Below are positions 10,444 to 20,322 of a stretch of 64,000 bases of DNA, one piece after another. Every line of letters begins with the position of its first letter. The stretch's first letter is position 1. Under the pieces are notes generated by a model. It ran no database searches and was not told where the DNA came from. It saw only the letters and a program-made list of their open reading frames with translations. This DNA is from an uncultured Bacilli bacterium (GTDB lineage: Bacteria > Bacillota_I > Bacilli_A > RF39 > UBA660), in the NCBI GenBank assembly GCA_944332295.1, contig CALVJR010000002.1, positions 3,555 to 67,554 of the forward strand. The letters are read 5' to 3'. Both the position numbers and the translations under genes were made by a program.

Positions 10444-12264
10444 ATGAATAAAAGAAATGTAGCAATTATTGCGCATGTAGACCATGGAAAGACAACATTA
10501 GTAGATGGTATTTTGAAACATTCTGGAATGTTTCGTGATAATGAGGATGTTTCTAATGTATCAATGGATTCTAATGCGTTAGAAAAAGAACGTGGTATTA
10601 CGATTTTGGCAAAGACAACAGCTTTAGATTATAAAGGTGTACGTATCAATATCTTAGATACTCCAGGACATGCTGACTTTGGTGGAGAAGTTGAGCGTAT
10701 TATGAATATGGTTGATGGAGTTATTTTAGTTGTTGATGCTTATGAAGGTGCTATGCCACAAACTCGTTTTGTATTAAAGAAAGCATTTGAAGCTCATGTT
10801 AAACCTATTGTTGTTGTTAATAAAGTAGATAAACCTAGTGCTAGATGTAAGCAAGTAGTTGATGAAGTATTAGATTTATTTATTGAATTAGGTGCAGATG
10901 ATAGTCAACTTGATTTTAAGGTTATTTATGCGTCTGCTTTAAATGGTACATGTTCTTATAGCGATGATTTAAGTACACAAACAGAAGGTTTTGGAGAAAT
11001 TCTTGATACCATTTTAGAAGAGATTCCTGAACCAGCAGGAGATAGTTCTAAACCATTACAATTTCAACCTGCATTACTTGATTATAATGAGTTTGTTGGT
11101 AGAATTGGTATTGGTCGTGTACATAATGGTAAGATTAAAACAGGTGAGATGGTAACTTGTTGTCGTTTGGATGGCTCTACAAAACAGTTTAGAATCCAAA
11201 AATTATTTGGTTTCTATGGATATAGACGTGTTGAGATAGAGCAAGCAGAAGCAGGAGATATTGTTGCAGTTGCTGGTCTTGCTGATATTTCAGTAGGTGA
11301 GACATTATGTAATCCTAGTGATATTTTACCATTACCTTTATTACATATTGATGAACCAACGTTACAAATGACTTTTGGAGCTAATTCTTCTCCTTTTGTA
11401 GGTCGTGATGGTAAGATTGTTACTGCTCGTAAGATTGAAGAACGTTTGATGAGAGAGACTCAAAGAGATGTTAGTTTAAAAGTAGAACCATTTACTAATG
11501 ATAGCTTTGTTGTTAGTGGACGTGGTGAATTACATTTAAGTATCTTAATTGAAAATATGCGTCGTGAAGGATTTGAACTTGAAGTTAGTAAACCTAAGGT
11601 TATTATTAAAGAAATAGATGGTGTTAAATACGAACCATATGAAGAATTACAAATCGATGTTCCAGATGATTCTGTTGGTGCTGTTATTGAGCAATTAGGA
11701 TTACGTGGTGCAAAAATGGATAATATGACAAATATTAATGGTCAGACTCGTCTTTTATATACGATTCCTTCTCGTGGATTAATTGGATTTTCTACTGATT
11801 TTATGACTCTTACTAAAGGTTATGGTATTATGTCTCATAGCTTTAAAGAGTATATGCCATATGAAAATGTAGATGTAGGTGAGAGAAAACTTGGTGTTTT
11901 AGTATCTATGGAAAATGGTTCTTCTACTGCTTACTCTATTGGAAATTTGGAAGATCGTGGTGTTATGTTTATCGAACCAGGTACTGAAGTTTATGAAGGT
12001 ATGATTGTTGGTGAATGTAATCGCGATAATGATTTAGCAGTTAATGTTGTTAAAGGAAAGCAATTAACTAATACTCGTGCTGCTGGAAGTGATCATACTG
12101 TAGTTTTAAAGCGTCCACGTCCAATTACTTTGGAATATGCACTTGATTATATTAATTCTGATGAATTAGTAGAAGTTACTCCAAACTTTATTCGTCTACG
12201 TAAGAGAATACTAAATACGGAAGAACGTAAGAAGTTTGATGCTAGAAATAAAAAAAGTAATTAA
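10444..12264 (+). CDS. typA: Translational GTPase TypA/BipA
   Basis: G-domain motifs [21 protein letters not shown]; 606 aa; EF-G-like domain order without domain IV. Confidence 0.93.
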   Translation: MNKRNVAIIAHVDHGKTTLVDGILKHSGMFRDNEDVSNVSMDSNALEKERGITILAKTTALDYKGVRINILDTPGHADFGGEVERIMNMVDGVILVVDAYEGAMPQTRFVLKKAFEAHVKPIVVVNKVDKPSARCKQVVDEVLDLFIELGADDSQLDFKVIYASALNGTCSYSDDLSTQTEGFGEILDTILEEIPEPAGDSSKPLQFQPALLDYNEFVGRIGIGRVHNGKIKTGEMVTCCRLDGSTKQFRIQKLFGFYGYRRVEIEQAEAGDIVAVAGLADISVGETLCNPSDILPLPLLHIDEPTLQMTFGANSSPFVGRDGKIVTARKIEERLMRETQRDVSLKVEPFTNDSFVVSGRGELHLSILIENMRREGFELEVSKPKVIIKEIDGVKYEPYEELQIDVPDDSVGAVIEQLGLRGAKMDNMTNINGQTRLLYTIPSRGLIGFSTDFMTLTKGYGIMSHSFKEYMPYENVDVGERKLGVLVSMENGSSTAYSIGNLEDRGVMFIEPGTEVYEGMIVGECNRDNDLAVNVVKGKQLTNTRAAGSDHTVVLKRPRPITLEYALDYINSDELVEVTPNFIRLRKRILNTEERKKFDARNKKSN

Positions 12265-12344
12265 AAAATAACTAGAAATAGTTATTTTTGTTTGCTATTT
12301 TTTATGATTTCTACTATAATGATAATAGTAGAGGGTGATGATTA

Positions 12345-13058
12345 ATGGCTCGTAGAAGAAAATCTAAAGAAGAGCTTGAAGAATTGACAAGAACACAAGT
12401 ATTAAATTTAAAAGAATTAGAGAAGGCTGCTAATTTTGAGAAGAAAACTAGTCAGAAACCAGCAGCTATTTTTGCTATTTTAGGTGCTATTTCTATTTCT
12501 TTAGGTATATTTTACCCTAATATTACTACTATGCTTTCTGGTAGAGAAGTAGAGGATAATCCAAGTGTTTCTGAACAACGTCAAGAAGATACATCTAGTG
12601 ACGTTGGTGTTAATGCTACTGAAGTTCAAGCTAATAGTTTATCTTGCTCTATGAGTCAAGTTAATCCAGAAGATGCTACTTTGGTAACAACTACTTATAC
12701 TTTTCAATTTCAAGAACTTGGTACTTTAGCAAATTATCAAAAAACTTCTGATATTAAGGTAAGTGCACCAGTTGCACAAACTCCTAGTAGTATTGTTACT
12801 CTTGATACTTCAATTACTAATTTAATGCAAACGCCAATAGTAGGATATACTTTAGAAAAAGTACCTACTGCTAGTACAGATCCTACTATTGTAGATGGTT
12901 ATACTGCTAAATTATCTGTAGATTTTACTACTTTTAATCCAGCGACTTTAACACCACTTCATGCTAGTAATACGTTTGCTAATGTAGAGTTTGTAAATAC
13001 TGATACGAAAGATATTATTCAACAACGTCTTATGGCGCTTGGATATACTTGTCAATAA
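12345..13058 (+). CDS. Hypothetical single-pass membrane protein
   Basis: Basic N-terminus, one TM (AAIFAILGAISISLGIF), and a Ser/Thr-rich extracytoplasmic part. RBS GAGGGTGA. No family recognised. Confidence 0.55.
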   Translation: MARRRKSKEELEELTRTQVLNLKELEKAANFEKKTSQKPAAIFAILGAISISLGIFYPNITTMLSGREVEDNPSVSEQRQEDTSSDVGVNATEVQANSLSCSMSQVNPEDATLVTTTYTFQFQELGTLANYQKTSDIKVSAPVAQTPSSIVTLDTSITNLMQTPIVGYTLEKVPTASTDPTIVDGYTAKLSVDFTTFNPATLTPLHASNTFANVEFVNTDTKDIIQQRLMALGYTCQ

Positions 13059-13065
13059 TAAAAAT

Positions 13066-13095
13066 AGGACATCATTTGATGTCCTTTCTTTTTTT
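13066..13095. terminator. Hairpin terminator between convergent genes (12345-13058 and rpmB)
   Basis: Stem aggacatc / gatgtcct with a 4-nt loop. There is a long T-run on the + strand and a shorter T-rich run on the - strand. Confidence 0.7.
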
Positions 13096-13118
13096 AAATT
13101 ACAATAAAAAAACTGCGA

Positions 13119-13298
13119 TTAAGCAGCTTTAGCATTTTTTAATAATTCTCTTTTTTCTTTAGTTGACATTCTTACTTTTGTTCCATCAGCAAGTCTTACA
13201 ATTTGTAAATTTAATTTTTGTCTCTTTTTTGTAGCTCTTAAAGAGTGAGCTCTTAAGTTTTTAACATTTCCTGTTCTATTTGATACGTTAGTTGCCAT
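13119..13298 (-). CDS. rpmB: 50S ribosomal protein L28 (59 aa; below the ORF-track length cutoff)
   Basis: Hand translation of the minus strand gives MATNVSNRTGNVKNLRAHSLRATKKRQKLNLQIVRLADGTKVRMSTKEKRELLKNAKAA. This shows the bL28 pattern (SH..R.TKR...NLQ). GGAGGAAG RBS lies upstream. Confidence 0.75.
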   Translation of the reverse strand: MATNVSNRTGNVKNLRAHSLRATKKRQKLNLQIVRLADGTKVRMSTKEKRELLKNAKAA

Positions 13299-13452
13299 TA
13301 TACTTCCTCCTTTGCTCTTTTTCTTTCTGCTTTATAACTTTAACATAAAATAGTGCATAAGTCAAATAAAATTTGTTTGATATATTATCTATTACTAATT
13401 ATCATACTTATCTTTCTATATTTATGTTAGAATATATATGAGGAGGTTTTAT

Positions 13453-16419
13453 ATGTATATACCATTATATAATAAGAGTTATTATTCTCTACTTTCTAGT
13501 ATGCTTTCTATTGATGATTTAGTATCTTTTGCTGTACATCATAAAATCTCTAGTATGGCACTTACAGATGATTCTATGTATGGTGTGATGGAGTTTATTA
13601 AGAAGTGTCGGGAGCATGATATAAAACCTATTATTGGACTTACAGTTAAATTAGAGGAATTTATTGTTGTTTTATATTGTAAGAATTATTTAGGATATCA
13701 AAATTTAATAAAGCTTTCTACGATTCAGAATGAAAGAGTTGTTACTGTTAGTGATTTAGAACAATACTCTAGTGATATTGTTTGTGTATTGCCCTTTGAA
13801 AGTCGTAGTCATTATTCTTTTTGTAAAAATATATATTCTGACTTATATTTGGGATATCGTAGTAAGAGTGAAGAAAGAGAAGTTTTATTAGAGACTAAAA
13901 ATGTGTTGTTTTTTCCACTTAATTTATATTTATATAAAACTGATAGTGATTATCTTGGATATTTATATAGAATTCGTGATGGAAAGACGGTTAGTGATGA
14001 AGTGGAGTATGATTTGTTAAATCATGAGTTAGAGATTCCTAATTTGTTAGATTATACAGATAATATAGGGCTTATTAATACTCTTAAAATTAGTGATTTA
14101 TGTAATCTAGAGTTTCCTAAAGCAAAATTGTTACTTCCTATTTATGAATGTAGTGATCCTAGTAAGTATTTATTTGAGCTAGCAAAAGCAGGACTTTCTA
14201 GAAGACTTCAAGGAGATATTAGTGATGTTTATCGAAATCGTCTTAGTTATGAACTAAAAATTATTGATTCCATGGGATTTTCTAATTATTTTTTAGTGGT
14301 ATATGACTTTATTAAATATGCAAAACAGCATGATATCTTAGTTGGTCCTGGAAGAGGTAGTGCTGCAGGTTCTTTGGTTTCTTACTGTTTAGGAATTACT
14401 GAGATTGATCCTATAAAATATGATTTGTTATTTGAACGTTTTTTAAATCCAGAACGTAAGACAATGCCTGATATTGATACTGATTTTCCTGATGATAAGA
14501 GGGATGAAGTTATCGAGTATGTTGTTTCTAAATATGGAAAGAAAAGGGTTGCTGGTATTGTTACTTTTGGTACTTTAGGTGCTAAACAAGTTATTCGAGA
14601 TGTTAGTCGGGTTTTAAATATTCCTACTTATAAAGTAGATAGTTTAAGTAAGTTTATTCCTTCTTTTACAAAAGATAAATTAGCAGGTTTTTATCAGAAT
14701 AATTCTAATTTTAAAGCTAGGATTGATAGTGATTTGTTACTTAGTAAAATGTTTCAGATTGCTTGTCGTTTGGAAGGGTTTCCAAGACACACTTCTTCTC
14801 ATGCTGCTGGTATTGTTATGTGTCAGAAGGATTTAGATGAAGTATTACCTTTAACTATTAGTGAAGGTATGTATTTGACTAGTTATTCTATGGAATATTT
14901 AGAAGAACTTGGACTTTTAAAAATGGACTTTTTAGGACTTAAAAATTTGACTATTATACATAATATTTTAAAGGATATTGAGACTTCATTAGGAGAGAAG
15001 GTTAATTTTAATCAAATACCTTTAGATGATTCTGAAGCTCTTCATATATTTGAAGTTGCGAATACGAGTGGAATATTTCAATTTGAATCTACTGGTATGA
15101 GAAATTTCTTACGTAATCTTAGACCAAATCAATTTGAAGATATTTTTGCTGCGATTGCTTTGTTTCGACCTGGTCCTGCTGTTAATATTGATTCTTATAT
15201 TAGAAGAAAGCATGGAGAAGAAGAAATTACTTATTTAGATCCTTGCCTAGAACCAATTTTAAAAAATACGTATGGTATTATTATTTACCAAGAGCAGATT
15301 ATGCAGGTAGCTAGTCGGTTTGCTGGATATAGTTTGGGAGAAGCTGATATTTTACGTAGAGCGATGAGTAAGAAAAAAGTAGATTTATTAAAGAACGAAG
15401 AAGAAAAATTTATTCGTAAAAGTTTAGAACGTGGTCATAATTATGAAGTTTCTAAGAAGATATTTGATTTAATATTAAATTTTGCTGGATATGGATTTAA
15501 TAGATCGCATTCTGTTGCTTATTCTATTATTGCGTATAAAATGGCTTATTTAAAAAGTCATTATCAGACTATCTTTTTTGCTAATCTTTTAACTAATGTG
15601 ATTGGAAGTGAGGCAAAAACTCATGAGTATATTATGGAAGCTCGAGCTAATAAATTAGAAATTTTAAAGCCATCTATTAATTTAAGTGATATTAGATATA
15701 TTGTAAAAGATGGAAAGATAGTTTATCCAATTTCTAATATTAAGTCTATTGGTGTTGTAGTTGCGAATAGTATTATTAAGGCTCGAAGTGATGGTGAGTT
15801 TGTTAGTATTTATGATGCATTTAGTCGTCTTTATATTGCTGGTGTTGGCAAGAAAAATTTGGAGACGTTAATCTATGCTGATTGTTTTCATGAATTCTCT
15901 TATAATAGAGCAACTCTTATTTATAATTTAGATAGTTTATTTAATTATGCAGAACTTACTAAAGATATTGATCCATCTTTGGTTATGCAACCAGATATTG
16001 AAGAAAAAAGTGAATATGAAGCTAGTTTTTTATTAGAAAAAGAAAAAGAAGTTTTTGGTTTTTATTTATCTAGTCATCCTGCTACTATGTATAAAAAAGA
16101 TCATCCATATACTGTTTTGTTAAATCAAATTTCAAATTATTTTTCAAAAAGTATTGATACTTTGATATTAGTTGATAAAATAAAAGTAATTAATACAAAA
16201 AAAGGGGATAAAATGGCATTTATTACTGGTAGTGATGAGACTGGGACAATGGATTTTACTTTTTTCCCAAAAGTATATCGATTATATGAGAATATAGAAA
16301 AAGGGGATTTGTTAAAGGTTCGAGGAACTGTTGAGAAGAGATTGGATCAGTTTCAAGTGGTTGTTCAAAAAGTTAAATTTTTAAATGAGAAGGAGGATGT
16401 TTATGAGAAGAAAGACTAA
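13453..16419 (+). CDS. dnaE: DNA polymerase III alpha subunit DnaE
   Basis: N-terminal PHP domain, GPGRGSAAGS and PDIDTDF polymerase motifs, and a C-terminal OB fold. Start chosen at the ATG 7 nt after AGGAGG. Confidence 0.92.
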   Translation: MYIPLYNKSYYSLLSSMLSIDDLVSFAVHHKISSMALTDDSMYGVMEFIKKCREHDIKPIIGLTVKLEEFIVVLYCKNYLGYQNLIKLSTIQNERVVTVSDLEQYSSDIVCVLPFESRSHYSFCKNIYSDLYLGYRSKSEEREVLLETKNVLFFPLNLYLYKTDSDYLGYLYRIRDGKTVSDEVEYDLLNHELEIPNLLDYTDNIGLINTLKISDLCNLEFPKAKLLLPIYECSDPSKYLFELAKAGLSRRLQGDISDVYRNRLSYELKIIDSMGFSNYFLVVYDFIKYAKQHDILVGPGRGSAAGSLVSYCLGITEIDPIKYDLLFERFLNPERKTMPDIDTDFPDDKRDEVIEYVVSKYGKKRVAGIVTFGTLGAKQVIRDVSRVLNIPTYKVDSLSKFIPSFTKDKLAGFYQNNSNFKARIDSDLLLSKMFQIACRLEGFPRHTSSHAAGIVMCQKDLDEVLPLTISEGMYLTSYSMEYLEELGLLKMDFLGLKNLTIIHNILKDIETSLGEKVNFNQIPLDDSEALHIFEVANTSGIFQFESTGMRNFLRNLRPNQFEDIFAAIALFRPGPAVNIDSYIRRKHGEEEITYLDPCLEPILKNTYGIIIYQEQIMQVASRFAGYSLGEADILRRAMSKKKVDLLKNEEEKFIRKSLERGHNYEVSKKIFDLILNFAGYGFNRSHSVAYSIIAYKMAYLKSHYQTIFFANLLTNVIGSEAKTHEYIMEARANKLEILKPSINLSDIRYIVKDGKIVYPISNIKSIGVVVANSIIKARSDGEFVSIYDAFSRLYIAGVGKKNLETLIYADCFHEFSYNRATLIYNLDSLFNYAELTKDIDPSLVMQPDIEEKSEYEASFLLEKEKEVFGFYLSSHPATMYKKDHPYTVLLNQISNYFSKSIDTLILVDKIKVINTKKGDKMAFITGSDETGTMDFTFFPKVYRLYENIEKGDLLKVRGTVEKRLDQFQVVVQKVKFLNEKEDVYEKKD

Positions 16420-16939
16420 AGCTCAGAAGACGTTAATCAAAAACAGGGAATATGTATATAGTGTTGCTTGTGTTTTACTTATTATTGATCAGGTATTGAA
16501 ATTACTTGTTCGTTCTAAAATTGAATTATTAGATGAGATTGAAGTTATTCCTAGTTTCTTTTCTATTTATCATGTTGAAAATACAGGTGGTGCTTTTAGT
16601 CTTTTTAGTGGTGCAACTATAGTTTTAATTATTATTAGTATTTTGGTTCTTGCCTTTTTGCATTATTATGTATTAACTGATGAGGTTATGACGAAATGGA
16701 GAATATTTGGTCTTGGTATTGTTATTGGTGGAATTCTAGGTAACTTAATTGATCGCCTTTTATATGGTGCTGTTATTGACTTTTTGTCTTTTGATTTATT
16801 TGGCTATGGATTCCCGGTTTTTAATATTGCAGATATTGGTATTACCGTGGGATTTGTGATTTTAGCGATAGGTATTCTTAGGAGGGATGGAAATGAATTC
16901 TTGGATCGAAGTAAAAGACGAGATAGAGGAGAGAATTGA
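16403..16939 (+). CDS. lspA: Lipoprotein signal peptidase (signal peptidase II)
   Basis: Four TM helices and the conserved FNIADIGITVG (NxAD) and NTGGAFS motifs. Start after GAAGGAGGA, overlapping the dnaE end. Confidence 0.9.
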   Translation: MRRKTKAQKTLIKNREYVYSVACVLLIIDQVLKLLVRSKIELLDEIEVIPSFFSIYHVENTGGAFSLFSGATIVLIIISILVLAFLHYYVLTDEVMTKWRIFGLGIVIGGILGNLIDRLLYGAVIDFLSFDLFGYGFPVFNIADIGITVGFVILAIGILRRDGNEFLDRSKRRDRGEN

Positions 16940-17789
16940 TTCTTACTTGGCAAAAGAGTTAAATATTTCTAGAAGTAAGGTACAGAAATTGATAAAACAA
17001 GGTCTTGTTACTGTTAATGAGAAAGTTATATCTAGTAATTATATTGTTAAAGTAGGGGATTTTATTTCTGTTAATGATGATTTGGATTATGATATTTCTC
17101 TTGAGCCTGAAGATATTGAGATTGATGTTGTATATGAAGATTGTGATTTGTTAGTAATTAATAAGGCTAGTGGTATGGTGGTGCATCCAGCTCCAGGACA
17201 TTATTCACATACTTTAGTAAATGCTCTTTTATATCGTTTTCAGATTTCTGGTGGAGAGAAGAACCGTCCTGGTATTGTTCATCGTCTAGATAAAGATACT
17301 AGTGGACTTATGATGGTTGCTAAGAATGAAAAAACGCATGATAAGTTATCTCGTATGATTGCAAATAAAGAAGTTGAAAGACATTATTTAGCTATTGTTG
17401 ATGGTGTGATTAAGCATGATACGGGAACGATTGATGCTCCTATTGGTAGAGATGCTAATAATCGTCAAAAGATGGCGGTTACTGATGTTCATGGAAAAGA
17501 AGCGGTTACGCATTTTCGAGTATTAGAGACATTTTCTAATCATACGTTGGTAGAATGTATTTTGGAGACAGGTAGAACTCATCAGATTCGTGTTCATATG
17601 GCATATATTGGACATCCTGTTTCTAATGATCCGTTATATGGAAGAGGAAAATCTACAGAATTTGGTCAAATGTTACATTCTAAAAGTATTAAGTTTAAGC
17701 ATCCTACGACTGGTAAAGAATTATTTTTTGAAGTTGATCCTCCAAAGGAGTTTTTAGAAAAAATAGAAAAGTTACGAGAAGGTATTTAA
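16887..17789 (+). CDS. rluD: 23S rRNA pseudouridine synthase, RluD family
   Basis: N-terminal S4 domain, catalytic HRLDKDTSG, and GRTHQIRVH motif. Confidence 0.9.
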   Translation: MEMNSWIEVKDEIEERIDSYLAKELNISRSKVQKLIKQGLVTVNEKVISSNYIVKVGDFISVNDDLDYDISLEPEDIEIDVVYEDCDLLVINKASGMVVHPAPGHYSHTLVNALLYRFQISGGEKNRPGIVHRLDKDTSGLMMVAKNEKTHDKLSRMIANKEVERHYLAIVDGVIKHDTGTIDAPIGRDANNRQKMAVTDVHGKEAVTHFRVLETFSNHTLVECILETGRTHQIRVHMAYIGHPVSNDPLYGRGKSTEFGQMLHSKSIKFKHPTTGKELFFEVDPPKEFLEKIEKLREGI

Positions 17790-17792
17790 ATT

Positions 17793-17817
17793 ACATATCG
17801 AATGATATGTTTTTTTT
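17793..17817 (+). terminator. Rho-independent terminator after rluD
   Basis: Stem acatatc / gatatgt, 4-nt loop, then T7. Confidence 0.7.
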
Positions 17818-17855
17818 ATGGATTTTTTTTCTTTTTTCTAATAATACAGTAGGAG

Positions 17856-18734
17856 GTGATAGTTATCACAAAGTTTTATACTTGTCGTTATGAAAGAGCT
17901 TTTAAAGAAGTCTTTATGAATGAGAAAAATAAAGATTTACTGATTTATTTATTAGAAGGAATATTGAAAGTAAAAATAAAGGAGGTAGAATATCTTAATT
18001 TAGAACAGAATGTAGATAATGTATCTGTCAAAAGAAAACATTTTGATCTTAATCTAAAAACAGATATTGGAAGAATTCAAGTAGAAGTAAATGCCTCTGA
18101 TTTAGGGTACGTAAGACCAAGGAACATGTCATATTTGTGTGATGTTTATTCACATCATGTTCTAAAAGGACAAAACTATCGAGAAGATGTAAAAATAATA
18201 CAAATAAACTTTAGTTATGGCCTAAAAGATACTAAGGCATTAAGGGTCTATTATATTCAGGATGAAGAAGAAAAGAAGTATGTGGAAAATTTTGTCATTT
18301 ATGAAATCAATATGGAAAAGTATATGAGTTTTTGGTATACTAACAATGTACAAGAAATAGAAAAAAATAAAGAAATAATTATGTTGGATTTAGGACTAGA
18401 AGAGTTAAAAACTCTATCAAAAAAGGATAGGATGGTGGAAAAATATATGGACGAGTTAAAAAGAGTAAATGAAGATCCAGATTTTCATGTGTTTATGAGT
18501 GCAGAAGAAGATAATCGAAAGATAGAAAACTCTATTAGGGAAGAGATGATAGAAAAGGGTTTGAAGGAAGGGATGGAAAAAGGCTTACAACAAGGATTAG
18601 AAGAAGGACTGAAACAGGGGAAAAATGATATGATAGTAGAAATGTTAAAAAATAAAATAGATATGCACATAATAGCTAAGTGTGCTAAGGTAAGTCTTGA
18701 TGAAATAGAGAAAATAGCAAAAAATGTAAATTAA
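17856..18734 (+). CDS. Rpn-family recombination-promoting nuclease / PD-(D/E)XK putative transposase
   Basis: N-terminal YERAFKEVF...LLIYLLEGIL nuclease-family pattern. The C-terminal repeats (EKGLKEGMEKGLQQGLEEGLKQG) plus a helix-turn-helix-like tail are typical of Rpn/YhgA-like proteins. No terminal inverted repeats seen. Confidence 0.65.
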   Translation: MIVITKFYTCRYERAFKEVFMNEKNKDLLIYLLEGILKVKIKEVEYLNLEQNVDNVSVKRKHFDLNLKTDIGRIQVEVNASDLGYVRPRNMSYLCDVYSHHVLKGQNYREDVKIIQINFSYGLKDTKALRVYYIQDEEEKKYVENFVIYEINMEKYMSFWYTNNVQEIEKNKEIIMLDLGLEELKTLSKKDRMVEKYMDELKRVNEDPDFHVFMSAEEDNRKIENSIREEMIEKGLKEGMEKGLQQGLEEGLKQGKNDMIVEMLKNKIDMHIIAKCAKVSLDEIEKIAKNVN

Positions 18735-18829
18735 GGTCTTGTCTTTTTTATTTACATTGTGTAAACTAATAGGTGTCAAGAGGTGAGTTCTTATGGTGAG
18801 GACTTGTATAATAAATTTAGAGATTTATT

Positions 18830-18879
18830 AAGCAGTACTTTTGAGGGATGTTTGTCCTTTCTAAGTGCTGCTTTTTTTT
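18830..18879 (+). terminator. Hairpin plus T8, probable terminator of the Rpn-like gene
   Basis: 11-bp stem aagcagtactt / aagtgctgctt (one G-U pair) followed by T8. The 22-nt loop is unusually large. Confidence 0.5.
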
Positions 18880-18895
18880 AACAATAAATATTATG

Positions 18896-18924
18896 TTGAA
18901 TTTTTTTATAAAATATGATATAAT
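18896..18924 (+). promoter_or_regulatory. Sigma-A-type promoter for the 18950 ORF
   Basis: TTGAAT, 17-nt spacer, TATAAT; lies 25 nt upstream of a GAGGGGGA RBS. Confidence 0.6.
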
Positions 18925-18949
18925 ATGCAACAAATTGAGGGGGATAGTT

Positions 18950-19594
18950 ATGAATAATAGTACATTAAATAATATTATTATATTAGCTGAAGATAAAACT
19001 TTAAATGGGGATAAATTAAAAAAACTGACAGAGCAAGGATGTAGGCTAGTTAGTGTGATAAACGAAGAGTCATATTCTTTATTTGATACGGTGAAGAAAA
19101 AGGCTTTAGTTCCCAAAACTTTTATTACAGGATTAAAAGCGATATATCAGGAAATTCATGATATTAAAAATAGAGAAAAAGTTGTTTCTAGAGTGTTTAA
19201 TTTTGATTCTAATTTAGTTACAGGTGATTTAGCAACATTTATTGGTTCTAAAACTAGATTTCCATATTTTGTGGATAGTTTTCAATATGATGCTTCTGTT
19301 TCTTTAGACCGTATGGATTCTTTAAAATTTGTTTGGGGAGATGTAGATTTACGAAAGTTACATGATTTTAGTCATGTAAAATCTTTAAATGTTGTCATGG
19401 GAGATTTTTATGCTTCTACTGCAAAGAATCCAGAAGGGTTACAAAGTTTACAGGTTGTTACAGGTGATATGCATATGGAACAGTTTGAAAATGTAGATTT
19501 TTTAAGTCCATCGTTATATGTTGGAGGCGCTATTTATACAAAGAATGGAGTTCATGAGTTAACTTCTTATCAGAAAAGTTATAAAAAGTTATAA
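18950..19594 (+). CDS. Hypothetical protein with five degenerate repeats of about 22 aa centred on V.GD
   Basis: Start at MNNSTL after GAGGGGGA. Repeats are NLVTGDL, KFVWGDV, NVVMGDF, QVVTGDM, LYVGGAI. No signal peptide and no family recognised. Confidence 0.5.
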   Translation: MNNSTLNNIIILAEDKTLNGDKLKKLTEQGCRLVSVINEESYSLFDTVKKKALVPKTFITGLKAIYQEIHDIKNREKVVSRVFNFDSNLVTGDLATFIGSKTRFPYFVDSFQYDASVSLDRMDSLKFVWGDVDLRKLHDFSHVKSLNVVMGDFYASTAKNPEGLQSLQVVTGDMHMEQFENVDFLSPSLYVGGAIYTKNGVHELTSYQKSYKKL

Positions 19595-19631
19595 GTAATT
19601 TACAATTGAATTTCAAAGGGTGTTGATAATT

Positions 19632-20318
19632 ATGGAAAATAAGAAAATAGAAATTGTTGCTAGTTATACAGATACAGTTCCTGGAAAGATTATAAAATTA
19701 AGAGCTGCAATGAAATTTTGGAATCGATATTCTGGAGATACCTATTCTCATATTTCTTTGTCTAGAGATAGTAAATTAGGCAATATGATGTCTTTCGCAA
19801 GAAAGGAAATTAATAATCCTTTTAATTCTGGTTTAATTAAAGAAGATATTAGAACTGGTATGTTTGCATTAAAACCAAACGTTAGTCGTATTGCTGTTAT
19901 GGAATTGAAAGTTTCTGAACAACAATATAATAATTTATCATCTTTGATGGATTATTATTGGCAAAATAAAGATAAATATAAATTTAATTTTGCAGGATTA
20001 ACAACCATGTTAATTTATGGTAAAGGTATTGATATTCCAAATAGTTTTTTCTGTTCTCAATGGGTTGCTACTGTATTACAAGATAGTGGTATTGATATCT
20101 TTGATGGAAAAAAACCGAAAGATATTAGACCGTTTGATTTTTATGGTACTTTAAAGGATTCTATTATATATGAGGGTTTGACTGTGGAGTATCCTGAGTA
20201 TAACCAAGAGTGTGATTATGGTAATCCTACTATATCAGATGATTCTTCTGTACAAAAAATAAAGCGAATTACTCCTTCTACTCCAATAGTTACTAAGGAT
20301 TCTAAGCTTTGGAGGTAA
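19632..20318 (+). CDS. Putative permuted papain-fold (YiiX/C92-like) amidase
   Basis: The order 'His then Cys' (YSHISLS ... FFCSQWVATVLQDSGIDIF) resembles YaeF/YiiX-type permuted NlpC/P60 proteins. This rests on motif resemblance only. Confidence 0.4.
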   Translation: MENKKIEIVASYTDTVPGKIIKLRAAMKFWNRYSGDTYSHISLSRDSKLGNMMSFARKEINNPFNSGLIKEDIRTGMFALKPNVSRIAVMELKVSEQQYNNLSSLMDYYWQNKDKYKFNFAGLTTMLIYGKGIDIPNSFFCSQWVATVLQDSGIDIFDGKKPKDIRPFDFYGTLKDSIIYEGLTVEYPEYNQECDYGNPTISDDSSVQKIKRITPSTPIVTKDSKLWR

Positions 20319-20322
20319 TATT

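Noticed and set aside
12265-12289. AT-only hairpin after typA (aaaataact / agttatttt) as a terminator
   Set aside because: The stem is almost entirely A-T and is probably too weak. It was not listed as a feature, although it may still contribute to termination.
17856-18734. Rpn-like gene as an active insertion sequence
   Set aside because: No terminal inverted repeats or target-site duplications are visible around it. Rpn/YhgA-like genes are usually domesticated single genes.
18817-19116. 99-aa minus-strand ORF
   Set aside because: It spans a terminator hairpin, a promoter and the 5' end of the + strand 18950 gene. It has no RBS and an implausible composition.
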